Made by a program: the position numbers and the translations under genes. From assembly GCF_001194135.2 (NCBI RefSeq), contig NC_068987.1, positions 45,764,996-45,828,995 of the forward strand: 64,000 nucleotides of DNA, in the 5' to 3' direction. Positions 25,768 through 36,722 of this stretch are shown one piece after another. This DNA comes from Octopus bimaculoides (taxonomy: Eukaryota). How positions within the stretch are numbered: position 1 is the stretch's first letter; each line of letters opens with the position of its first letter. Under the pieces are notes generated by a model. The model saw only the letters and a list, made by a program, of their open reading frames with translations. It made no database searches and had not been told where the DNA came from.

Positions 25768-26375
25768 AGGTGCAAGTGTGGCTATGTGGTAAGAAGCTTG
25801 CTTCCCAACCACATGGTTCTAGGTTCAGTCCCACTATGTGGCACTTTGGGCAAGTGTTTTCTATTATATCCTAGTGCCAACTTAAAACCTTGTGAGTGGA
25901 TTTGACAAACAAAAACTGAAAGAAACCAATTGTGTGTATGTGTGTGTGTGTGTGTGTGTGTGTTTGTGTGTGCACATGCATCTTTGTGTTTGTCCCCCAC
26001 TGCTGCTTGACAACTAATGTTGGTTTGTTTATATCCCTGTAATTTAGCTGTTTGGCAAAAATGGGCTAATAGAATAAGTACCAAGCTTAAAAAAACAGAA
26101 ACTAAGTACTGGGGACAATTCATTCAAATAAAAGTTCTTCAAGGTGGTAAGGATGGTGTCTTCATGTAACTAATGTTTTACCATTTTCTTTTACACTCAT
26201 AATTATGGTTTGAACTGTAGCACACTGTGTGTTTCCTGTTCAAACACTTATCAAAGAAGGGTGAATCTGAGACTGCTTTTGCCATACAGGTGCAAGTGTG
26301 GCTATGTGGTAAGAAGCTTGCTTCCCAACCACATGGTTGCAGTTTAGTGACTGAAACAGATAAAAGATTAAAGAT
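25768..26375 (+). mobile_element. SINE family A copy interrupted by a 193-bp templated duplication
   Basis: Head at 25768; body runs to ttcttcaaggt at about 26145; the tail gcagtttagtgactgaaacagataaaag resumes at 26339. 26146-26338 is identical to 25626-25818. Confidence 0.8.
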
Positions 26376-26844
26376 ATCTTGTATTTGTGGCCTACCAGTA
26401 TCTTGAATGTAAATTCACAAATTTGGTGGATTAGTGGCAATTCTAGAGCATTAGCTACAGTGCATTCAATTATTTCTTCTGGTTGTTTATATTCTAATTT
26501 CAAATTCTGCTAAAGTCAAGTTTACCTTTCATTCTTCAAAGATTGCTAAAATAAAACAGTAGTCAAAATTTCATACTTTGTGTTTAAGTTAGGAATTAAT
26601 GGAGAGGTAAAAATCATTAAAGTGTAGTATTTCTTCTGACTCCTTTATATTCTGAGTTCAAATCCTATTGACATCAACTTAGTCTGTCATACTTGGGGGT
26701 TGAGGCGGGGGTGAAAATAAAATAGCTGTACCAGTCAAATACTGGTGTCTATGATATTGACTAGCTTCCCACCCCTCCCACACTCTCAATAAAACTCCTG
26801 GCCTCGGCTTAAATTAGAAACAACTAATTTTATTATTGATGATA

Positions 26845-27060
26845 AAGTGGCAAACTGGCAGAATAGTTATCACACCAGGTGGTGTTTCATCTGTCTTCAT
26901 GTTTTGAGTTCAAAATTCCACTGAGACTGACTTTACCTTTCATTCTTTCAGGGTTGATAAAATAAGTACCAGTTGGGGCACTGGAGTTGATGTAATCAAC
27001 TAACTGCCTCACCTGTAATGGCTGACCTTGTGCCAAAAACTTGAAATCAATATTATTATT
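26845..27060 (+). mobile_element. SINE family B copy
   Basis: gtggcaaactggcagaatagtt...gactttacctttcattctttcagggttgataaaataagtaccag...ccttgtgccaaaaacttgaaatc. Confidence 0.8.
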
Positions 27061-27789
27061 GATGATGATAAGGATCAGGACCTTAATGGTGATGACAATC
27101 ACCACAACACCTCCACCCCACCCCCACTACCATTATCATTGCATTGTTATTTGGACCCATTTGAAAGAGTTTTAAGTAAAGCAAACATAACTGATTCAAG
27201 CGTTGTTAGAACAGAAAATTGCAAAGATGTCCCCCAATGCCACCTGCTATCCACCCCACCCCCCTTATATTAATATCAACATCACCANNNNNNNNNNNNN
27301 NNNNNNNNNNNNNNNNNNNNNNNNNNNNNNNNNNNNNNNNCCCAATCATTATCTGAGAAAGATTCCAGACAGTGATTTACTTTTTCTTTAATCCAATCTT
27401 TCACTCTCTCTTCTGCTTTTCTTACCCCAACAGCTGTCTCCACTACCACTTCAACCACCACCACCACCACCACACCACTCCTACCGTCATAGTCGTTGTC
27501 ACTGCTGCAGTAATAAATTTAAATAAATAAGTCAATCAAGACAAAAAGGTAAGAAAAAAGTAGAAAATATTGAAAAAAATAGATCAGAGACAAAGAAAAA
27601 CAAAGGAAATGAGCAACAAATCAGTCTATATAGAAGTATGTGACTGGTGGTAGAGGTAGGAAGGAGGTTGTAATGTATTTGTTTGTATTGATCATGGTAA
27701 TGGTGGTGGGGATTGTAAATGTGATAGCAACATTGGGATTGAGATAAATAGTGAATTTAATTGGTGGGGAGTGGAGGTGCAATAGGGTG

Positions 27790-28110
27790 GCAGTGTCGTG
27801 GAGGAAGCATTGGGTTCTGTTGGTTTGTAGTGTTGTAGAGGAAGTGTTGAGTCTGTTGGTGGTTTGTAGAGTTGTGGAGGAAGAATTGAGTATGTTGGTT
27901 GTTTGTAGTGTTGTGGAGGAAGATTGGGTTTCCTTGGTGGTTTGTAGTGCTGTGGAGGAAGCCTTAGGTCTGTTGGTAGTTTGTAGCATTGTGGAGGAAG
28001 AACTGGATCTGTTGGTGCTTTGTAGTGTTAATGAAGAACTGGATTTGTTGGTGGTTTGTAGTGTTGTGGAGGAAGTATTGGGGTGGAGTCTGTTGGTGGT
28101 TTCTAGTGTT
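27790..28110. repeat. Minisatellite, about 39-bp unit, about 8 diverged copies
   Basis: Unit gttggtggtttgtagtgttgtggaggaagaactggatct recurs; the minus strand reads as 13-aa TTNRxxSSSTTLQ repeats. Confidence 0.9.
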
Positions 28111-28326
28111 GATGTTTGGTGCTGGCAGATGGTAATAAAGTCTGTTGTAATGATGATGATGTTGCTATTGTTGTTGTTGTTGTTGTTATTGGTGGTGGTA
28201 GTGGTGGTAGTGGTGGTGATAGTGTTGGTATTACTTGAAATGAAAGATAGATAGATAGATATATATATAGAGAGAGACAGAGAGACAAAGACAGAGAAAG
28301 AGAGACAGATAGCTAGAGAGAGAGAG

Positions 28327-28359
<33 letters not shown>

Positions 28360-29174
28360 TGGTAGCATGTATGTATGTATGTATGTATGTATGTGTAGTT
28401 GGGGAGCAGTACTTGTCAAGCCTGTTATTCTGCTACAATCATGTTCTGTTGTTTGTGATTAACTAAAGACATTATTGAACATTTCCAATTTAAAGTGGGT
28501 TGATGAGTGAATATGGGTGGTGAGTGATAGTGATTTTAGCAACAACAGTAATGTCAACAGTGTATGTTACTGTTGTTATTGTTGTTGTTGCAGTGGTGGT
28601 TGTGATGGTGATGTCAGTGGTAGTCATTACAGGGAGAGGCTTGACAATAAAACAAGTAAATTTTATCTTGATGTAATCTATACTCTGTGAAGATTTTTAC
28701 GTAAATCTATTCCACTCCATAATCATTTACCAGCTAATTAATTTGTATATTTTGTTAATAATTTAATAAATTACTTTAGATATACAGTTGGTGATAGATT
28801 TAGTCTCTCTTATTTTGTTTTTAAATTTCATTCTGCAGTTATCAGCAAAGAACTCTTCATCATCCTCTGTCATCATCATCATCATTGTCATTACTGTTAT
28901 TGTCATCGTCATCAGCAGCATCGTTTTAGTGTCTGCTATTCTATGCTCAGATGGTTCAGATGGAATTTGTTGAGGCAGATGTTTTTTTTATAACTAGAGA
29001 CCCTTCCTCTTGCTAACTCTCACCTGTTTCCAAGCAATGTAATATTTACCCATGGCCAGACACATTTTTTTATGGAAATTAGCGGGCAGTACTTGTACTA
29101 CAGTGACTATTGTTCTGTGTCAAGACAAGAAGACATACACATACATATGCTCCCCCCCCCCACATAAATGTGTT

Positions 29175-29239
<65 letters not shown>

Positions 29240-29304
29240 TATGATAAAAGTAACAAATTAATGTTTTAGAAGCATTGAAATGTGTATTGTGAGATAGAAT
29301 TAAA

Positions 29305-29552
29305 ATGACAATTTATTTTCAAATGCATAAACGTTGATAGAACCACACAGAGTGGATAAGATATCCATACAAAGCAGAAAAATTTGTCAGCAACCAGCCA
29401 TGAGACTCGAACTCACATCCCTTTGATTACAGGTCAAGTGCTTTACCAATTAAGCTAAACTACTCACCGACAAATTAATCTACTTTGCACGGATATCTTA
29501 TCCACTCTCTGCTCTTCTATCAGCACTTATGTGTTTGAAAATAAATTATCAT
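29305..29552. mobile_element. Hairpin element with 86-bp inverted arms enclosing a tRNA-like module
   Basis: Left arm 29305-29390 (atgacaatttattttcaaa...agtggataagatatcc...aatttgtcag) pairs with right arm 29467-29552; the loop is 76 bp. Confidence 0.8.
29392..29464 (-). pseudogene. tRNA-Thr(TGT)-like pseudogene, 73 nt
   Basis: D-arm gctt-aattggta-aagc, anticodon arm ttga-cc TGT aa-tcaa, T-arm gtgag-ttcgagt-ctcat. The acceptor stem is degenerate and position 33 is C rather than U. Confidence 0.65.
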
Positions 29553-29554
29553 CT

Positions 29555-29592
<38 letters not shown>

Positions 29593-29593
29593 C

Positions 29594-29642
<49 letters not shown>

Positions 29643-29646
<4 letters not shown>

Positions 29647-29803
29647 AGAGTAACCACATAGATGTGAAACAAGATGCAAAAAAATAGTACTCGAATATGG
29701 ATATAGAGTAAGATGCTTCATTATTAAAGCTGAAAAAACATCACAAAAATATCACAAAAAACTGCTACTCAGAGTTTCATGTTCCTATTCGTTGGACAGT
29801 TTA
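29643..29803 (-). mobile_element. Short interspersed element with a decayed hammerhead motif
   Basis: Minus 29802-29759 reads aactgt CCAACGA ata-ggaa-cat GAAA ctc-t-gag TA gcagtt. The element is flanked by TA-rich microsatellites. Confidence 0.5.
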
Positions 29804-29904
29804 GATACACATATATATAGACATATATACACACATATATACACATATACACATATATATATGTATATATACATATAAATATGCGCACACACACATACAC
29901 ATAT

Positions 29905-30191
29905 CTAAAGTTAGGGAATGGAGTAGTTAAGATTCAGACTACATATGTTTCATAGCTAGCAGAACCTCACAAGTAGTAATTATCTAAGCAAGGGGTAATC
30001 CACTAGCTACTTGAATCTCCTGCAAGTCAACATGGGATCCCTTGACAACATACTTCCTTTGATTAAGGTATCTTTGGCCCAATAAGTAGCTAGCAGATTA
30101 CCCCTCGTTTGGATAATTACTACATCTAAGGTTCTTCTAGTTATGAAACATATGTAGCCTATACCTTATCTATTCCATTCCTTAATTTTGG
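29905..30191. mobile_element. Long-TIR hairpin MITE (arms about 108 bp, spacer 71 bp)
   Basis: 29905-30012 pairs with 30084-30191 (ggaatggagtag...ctacatatgtttcata.ctag.agaacc...gtagtaattatc...aggggtaatc..ctagctactt). Confidence 0.8.
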
Positions 30192-30328
30192 ATTTTGATA
30201 CAGGAAAAACTTACAACCTTCTACATCAATAGACTACTATTGTTCCTGAAAGTTGTTTCTTTTACCTTCTACGGACTGCTTGAAGCTTATTATCTTCCTA
30301 TACCTTGATTCTTGGATCTTATTTTTAC

Positions 30329-30394
<66 letters not shown>

Positions 30395-31879
30395 ACACAT
30401 ACACATACACATATATATATACAGCGGAACCTTGGTATATGAATTTAATTCTCTCCTGAAAGTCATTTGTCATCCAAAATGTGTGTAAACCAAAACTATT
30501 TTTCCTATAGGAAATCCAAGAGAAGACATGGAAAATTCCATCTGGAGTATGCACTGAGTGAAAGCTAGGCAGCAACTCACACTCACCTGCTGATACTCCT
30601 ATCTTGTTGCCAACCTCTGTTACCAGCTTGGATGTTCATTAATTGAGACACTATTCATCATCCAAGATGTTTTATGTTCAAAAAATTGTCCACAAACTGA
30701 GGTTCCACTACATATGTATATGTGCAGCAAAAGCTGAATGCTCACATGTCGTCTTCAATGGGAGAGTCCATCAGTCCAAGGTGCTCTGTAGTGGGACTGG
30801 ACCTGAAACCATATGGTCAGAAACCAAACTTCTAAAGCACACAGTTCTGACTACACTTATTCAAATAAATATTGTGAGTTTTTAGATTCCTGATAGAGTT
30901 ATTTCATTTTTGCTTACATTGTTAATGCCTTTAGGAAAGACATACTCTTCACAACATCATTTCTTCCTTCTGTGTCACAAATCAATAAGGTTAACTGTCC
31001 AGTGACAGGATATTTATGATAATGAATAGTCAGGCAATTAACTCTATTTATTGCATTTGCATGAGATGAATGAAATATTGATTGATTTAGTCCAGTAATT
31101 TAAACATTTGTTAACATAATAAAAAGATCATCAGCATCATCATCATCATCATTGCCTTAACATTTGCATTGCTATACAGGCATGGACTGAATAAGTCTGC
31201 AAGACAGCAAATTGCTTATTGTTTTGATTATGTGTCATTTTGTTGGTGGAGCCCTGCATTTTGAGATCTTATCTTAGAGACATTGTCACATGTTTTGTTC
31301 TTGTCACAGGAAACTTCAGTTGGAAATACATAATCTTGTTGCGAATATGTGAACACACTGATGATTCAGTAGCTATGATATACTAGAGCCTCCATCAGGG
31401 CCAACAAGGAGTGTCACAGATCAAAGATCACCCTGACCACCAAGGATACAAGCCCTTTCCAAGCTGTTGCTCTTCAATCTACAGGCATATGCTTAGAGTA
31501 ATTCCATCAATCCTAACCATTTTCATCATAGTCACGCTAATTTTGACAAATTTGCTGAGGGAGAGTACTTCTCTTTCCACTTTCATTCACTTTTTTAAGT
31601 GAACTTGAAAAAGTTGATGAGAGTTTGACAGAAAAAAAAAAGTGTCAGTCAATTCTTTTACCACACAACCTTTATTGCTATCACTATTAGACAAAGGTAC
31701 ACCACCTGCCCTGCCTTGTTATGGATGGGTTATGAACTGATTCTCACAGTGGACATACTTGATAGCCAAATTCATCCTACATGTGACATCTGTTCAACAT
31801 AACTCCATGAGTGAGCAACACTGACTGATGAGTATGTGTAGTACAGTTTCATTATTTTGTGCACATCTCAAACAGTCTT

Positions 31880-32400
31880 ACCTGATGGCACTTCTATGCC
31901 TGTAGAATTTGCTGTGAACCTGTAGTGCCTCTTTTTAGCACTGAAAGGCTCAGGTTTCCTGGAAGTCATCTCTTTGTCCTTGTTGACACCTAGAGTATAT
32001 CTAAGTACATAATTGCTAATCCAGTTTCTGTAGTCTTTTTGTGTTGGGAAAGACACATTAAACTTTCAATTGATGGGTTCCTATTTATGACTGTGCCAAT
32101 CATAAATTTGTGGCCTGTGCAGCCAACCAGTTTAAAATGTCGACACCCCACACTATCTCTATCAGCTAATGTAACGAACACTCTATTTAGGTATGATCTG
32201 GATGACCCCTTGTGGTTGTTCTATGTCCACTCTAGCAGATTCAGGAAAGCCAGTCTTTATGTTCTGGATTTATGACTGGTATACTTAGTACTTTGCCAGG
32301 ATTAACACCACCACCAGATCTTTGGACGTCTTTAACAGAGTTTATCTGTTGTAAACATCTGGGCTAGTTCTTAGATTTTCTTAAAAGATAGATGAACACG
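31880..32400 (-). pseudogene. L1/Tx1-type LINE ORF2 remnant (APE endonuclease end)
   Basis: Minus frames give EWT*NNHKGSSRSYLNRVFV...FKLVGCTGHKF (SRLDR / SDH-type motifs), followed after a frameshift by *KFNVSF (the WKLN motif with TGG>TGA). Confidence 0.7.
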
Positions 32401-32682
32401 AAGGTTGAACTTTCCTTTTTGACTAATTGGCAAAAAACAAAGAGAACCCCATCAATCACATTATGTTAAAGAGTTTAAAAAAATATAATGATAGAATAAC
32501 AATGGTTAAAAATGATTTTTAATATTCATTTTAATAATGATAATGATGATGATGAATAGTGAAGGCATGTCATAGATGAGGTCATGAATAGTGATGAAAG
32601 AACTCTGATGAACCTAGCTGACTGATTGATTCACTGAACAGTTAATCAAACAAACAATTAATTAATTGGTTACATGGTTGAC

Positions 32683-32730
<48 letters not shown>

Positions 32731-33294
32731 TAATAATAATAATAATAATAATAAAAGAAGTGAAATAAAATCAATGCAAGTGTTTCTTATTGGTATAATG
32801 GCCTTCCCAAGATACAACAAAATCTGTTTCAACACACATTTCACAACAAGAATCTTGAAAAACCAAATTCAAAAATGCATTAAAATAAGTTGTATTTAAT
32901 TAATAAAATCTAAGTAGGAAAAAAAAGAAATCTTAAATATTTCAAATGATTGCCTTTAAAAAAATAATACTAAAATGAAGAGGAGAAATAAAATTTATGA
33001 AGTGGTATTTAAGTTCTATAACAATCTCCTTGATAACTATTAAGTAATTATCTTGCTCTCCAAGAACCTACTCATTCCTACTGTTAAGTATTTGAGCAAT
33101 TTCAGAACTAGCTTTAATAAAGTAGTAATGTTACAAGGTTACACAGTAGAGAGAAAAAGAATCAACATAGCATGTACCTTCACTCAACTATGACTACAGC
33201 AGTGGTTTAAGAATAACAGTCAGTAGCAACAACAGCTTAATAATAATTACGCATGGATGTGTGTGTAACATGTGTTGTGGCGTGTGAGCGTGCA

Positions 33295-33328
<34 letters not shown>

Positions 33329-33458
33329 TGTGTGCGCAAATATATATGTATATGTGTGTGTGCATATGTATATGTGTGTACATGTGTGTATCTGTGTGTG
33401 TGTATATATATACATACTCATAAACATAAATGTATGTTTATTTTGCATACGTACATAC

Positions 33459-33499
<41 letters not shown>

Positions 33500-33968
33500 N
33501 NNNNNNNNNNNNNNNNNNNNNNNNNNNNNNNNNNNNNNNNNNNNNNNNNNNNNNNNNNNNNNNNNNNNNNNNNNNNNNNNNNNNNNNNNNNNNNNNNNNN
33601 NNNNNNNNNNNNNNNNNNNNNNNNNNNNNNNNNNNNNNNNNNNNNNNNNNNNNNNNNNNNNNNNNNNNNNNNNNNNNNNNNNNNNNNNNNNNNNNNNNNN
33701 NNNNNNNNNNNNNNNNNNNNNNNNNNNNNNNNNNNNNNNNNNNNNNNNNNNNNNNNNNNNNNNNNNNNNNNNNNNNNNNNNNNNNNNNNNNNNNNNNNNN
33801 NNNNNNNNNNNNNNNNNNNNNNNNNNNNNNNNNNNNNNNNNNNNNNNNNNNNNNNNNNNNNNNNNNNNNNNNNNNNNNNNNNNNNNNNNNNNNNNNNNNN
33901 NNNNNNNNNNNNNNNNNNNNNNNNNNNNNNNNNNNNNNNNNNNNNNNNNNNNNNNNNNNNNNNNNNNN

Positions 33969-33998
<30 letters not shown>

Positions 33999-33999
<1 letters not shown>

Positions 34000-34173
34000 T
34001 AGTGTATGAAATATATATGGAGAGAAAACCATCATGTGGATTCTTTACATGCTAAAAATGGCAATCAAAGCCCAAAACCACAAAAAAAAAAAACATTTGG
34101 GCTTTGACTGCCATTTTTAGCATGTAAGAAATCCACATGGTAATTTTCTCTTCGTGTATATTTCATACACTAT
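33999..34173. mobile_element. Hairpin MITE-like element (78-bp arms, 19-bp A-rich spacer)
   Basis: atagtgtatgaaatata...catgtgga...tacatgctaaaaatggcaatcaaagcccaaa pairs with tttgggctttgactgccatttttagcatgta...tccacatg...tatatttcatacactat. Confidence 0.8.
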
Positions 34174-35044
34174 TATATTTAAAAATATTTATGTCTCTGA
34201 CTTTTATTACACATGCTAACTACTGTTTAATAATTATTTAATAATTTTTACCCTTGTACTTATAAAGTTATATATCATCATCATCATCATCAACATCGTT
34301 TAACGTCCGCTTTCCATGCTAGCATGGGTTGGACGATTTGACTGAGGACTGGTGAAACCGGATGGCAACACCAGGCTCCAGTCTAATATATATATATTAT
34401 TTCTATATGATGGGCTTCTTTTAATTTTCATCAACCAAATCCATTTACAAGGCTTTGGTCAACCAAGGGCTATAGTAGATTGTGCTTATTCAAAGTGCTA
34501 TATGACAGGACTGAACCTGAAACCATGTGGTTTTGAAAAAAACTTCTTAACTACACTGCTACAAATTTGTGTATTCATGTATGCATGCTAATACTTATAA
34601 TATATGTATATGTGTGTGTGTGTGTGTGTCTGAGCGTTTGTATCTGTGTTAGCATACATACATGTACATGTGTTTGTGTGTGTGTGTATGTTTCTGTTTG
34701 TGTGTTAAGATAAAAAGATGGAAAAGTGAACGCCCACCTCCACCTACCAACAGCTCATACATCATTTAAACAACACACTGGAGCACATCACGACTTGCAC
34801 TCTATGGCAGAATTCATGTGGATGAAAATAGTTCCAAATTAATTGCATGCCGGGATTTCCTGCTCATAACCTTGCCATCAAATGAAAATATCAACAAGTA
34901 ACAACACCAGCAACAACAATATTTTTTTTGCAAAGATGAGAAAATATTTCTGACATGGCTGCAATTATTTTAGGAAAACATAATGTAATTTGAAATAGAT
35001 AAAGCAAAATCCATCAAACGATGAAGATGATGATAATGATAATC

Positions 35045-35259
35045 GGTTCTAGTCTAGGCACAAGGCCTGAAATTTTGGGGGCAGGGGCAGGTTGATTACA
35101 TTGACTCTAGTGTTTCACTGGTACTTAATTTATTGACCCCAAAAGGATAAAAGGCAGAGCCAACCTTGGGGGAACTTGAACTCGGAACAAGAAGATGGAT
35201 AAAATGCCGGTGTGCTACAATTCTGCCAGCTCACCACCATGATAATAATAATAATGATG

Positions 35260-35339
<80 letters not shown>

Positions 35340-35377
35340 TAATAATAATAATGATGATGATAATAATAATAATAATG

Positions 35378-35425
<48 letters not shown>

Positions 35426-35426
35426 C

Positions 35427-35475
<49 letters not shown>

Positions 35476-35665
35476 AATAATAATGGTTTCAAATTTTGGC
35501 ACAGCAATTTTTGAGGAGAGAAGTCAATTACATTGACATCCAATATTTGCTGCTGCTTATTTTATCAACCCTGAAAGGATGAAAGGCAAAGTCAGCTTTA
35601 GTGGCATTTGAACTCAGAAGTTAAAGACGGATAAAACATCACTAAACATTTTGTCCAGTGACAGC
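35045..35665 (-). mobile_element. Two SINE family B copies separated by a (AAT/GAT)n tract of about 240 bp
   Basis: Reverse-complement family B at about 35045-35238 and 35480-35665; microsatellite at 35239-35478. Confidence 0.8.
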
Positions 35666-36283
35666 TCATTTATGATAATGAATAGTCAGGCAATTAACAC
35701 ACACACATTACATATTTACATATATAATGGGCTTCTACACATATTCTGGCCATTGAATTCACTCGCAAAGCATTGGTCTCTCTGAAGTTATAGTAGTAGT
35801 AGACACTTGATCAAGGTACCATGGAGTAGGACTGAACCCAAAGCCATGGGGTTGTGAGACAAACTTCTAAATTACACAGCATGACATTTCAGCAAATCTC
35901 TTATCAAGAATAATATCATGGTTCTTGAACAGAGACACAACTGAATGGTTATGAAGGCCACTGTGTGGATCTTGGGCAAGTGTCTTTTGCAAGAGCCTCA
36001 AATCAATCAAAGTCTTGTGGATGAAATTGGGTAGATGGAAACTGTGGAGAAGCCTGAGTGCTGGATCATATCTCTAATTCAACAGTCTAACCGTATCACA
36101 TATTGTGGCAAGATGATGTGGCATTAGAATTAAGTTAACAATACTCATGTTTGTGGAATACTCAACCACTTACGTGGTAATTAAATGAGTATGTGTTAAT
36201 TAAATAAGTATGTAGTTTAATTGAGTGAACCATTGAAAGCTCATAATCAAAACCAACATACATACATGAATACTTAGTTAAAT

Positions 36284-36511
36284 TGAACCCTTTGGCATTC
36301 AGATTACTCAGTCAAATGTAATGCTTATTTATTCAGATTGTTTTGAATTAATCATACATTGTCTCATGGCTCTGCCATTTCAATGATGTGATTGTTTATT
36401 TTTAGGATGGCTTTGTAGAGCAGGTGTGATAGACCAAATCTGACCACGTTGAACACAAAATGGGTAGAATATTTGGGCTAGATATGGCTGGTTTAGATAC
36501 AAACGGGTTAA
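36284..36511. mobile_element. piggyBac-like MITE family 1
   Basis: ttga-accctttggcatt ... atacaaacgggt-taa; homologous over its full length to 13849-14074. Confidence 0.7.
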
Positions 36512-36512
36512 G

Positions 36513-36722
36513 GCAGTGAACAGATTCATTAGCACACTGGGTAAAATGCTTAGCAGCATTTCATCCATCTTTGTGTTCTGAGTTCAAATTCCCCTGAGGT
36601 CAACTTTGCCTACCATCTACCTGGGGTTTATAAAATAAGTGCTGGTTGAACACTGGGGTCAATTTAACTGACTTAGTCCTTCCTCACTAAACCTGTTGGC
36701 CTTGTGCTAAAATTTGAATTTA
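36513..36722 (+). mobile_element. SINE family B copy
   Basis: ggcagtgaacagattcattagcacactgg...gagttcaaattcccctgaggtcaactttgcc...ccttgtgctaaaatttgaatttattatc. Confidence 0.75.

Noticed and set aside
27751-28254. 167-aa Val/Leu-rich ORF on the plus strand
   Set aside because: It is the antisense reading of the 39-bp minisatellite; its hydrophobicity follows from the G/T-rich strand.
31875-31890. Strong splice donor cag|gtaaga at the end of the minus-strand ORF 31868-32056
   Set aside because: The upstream sequence is a frameshifted L1/Tx1 endonuclease remnant with an in-frame stop, so it is unlikely to be a host exon.
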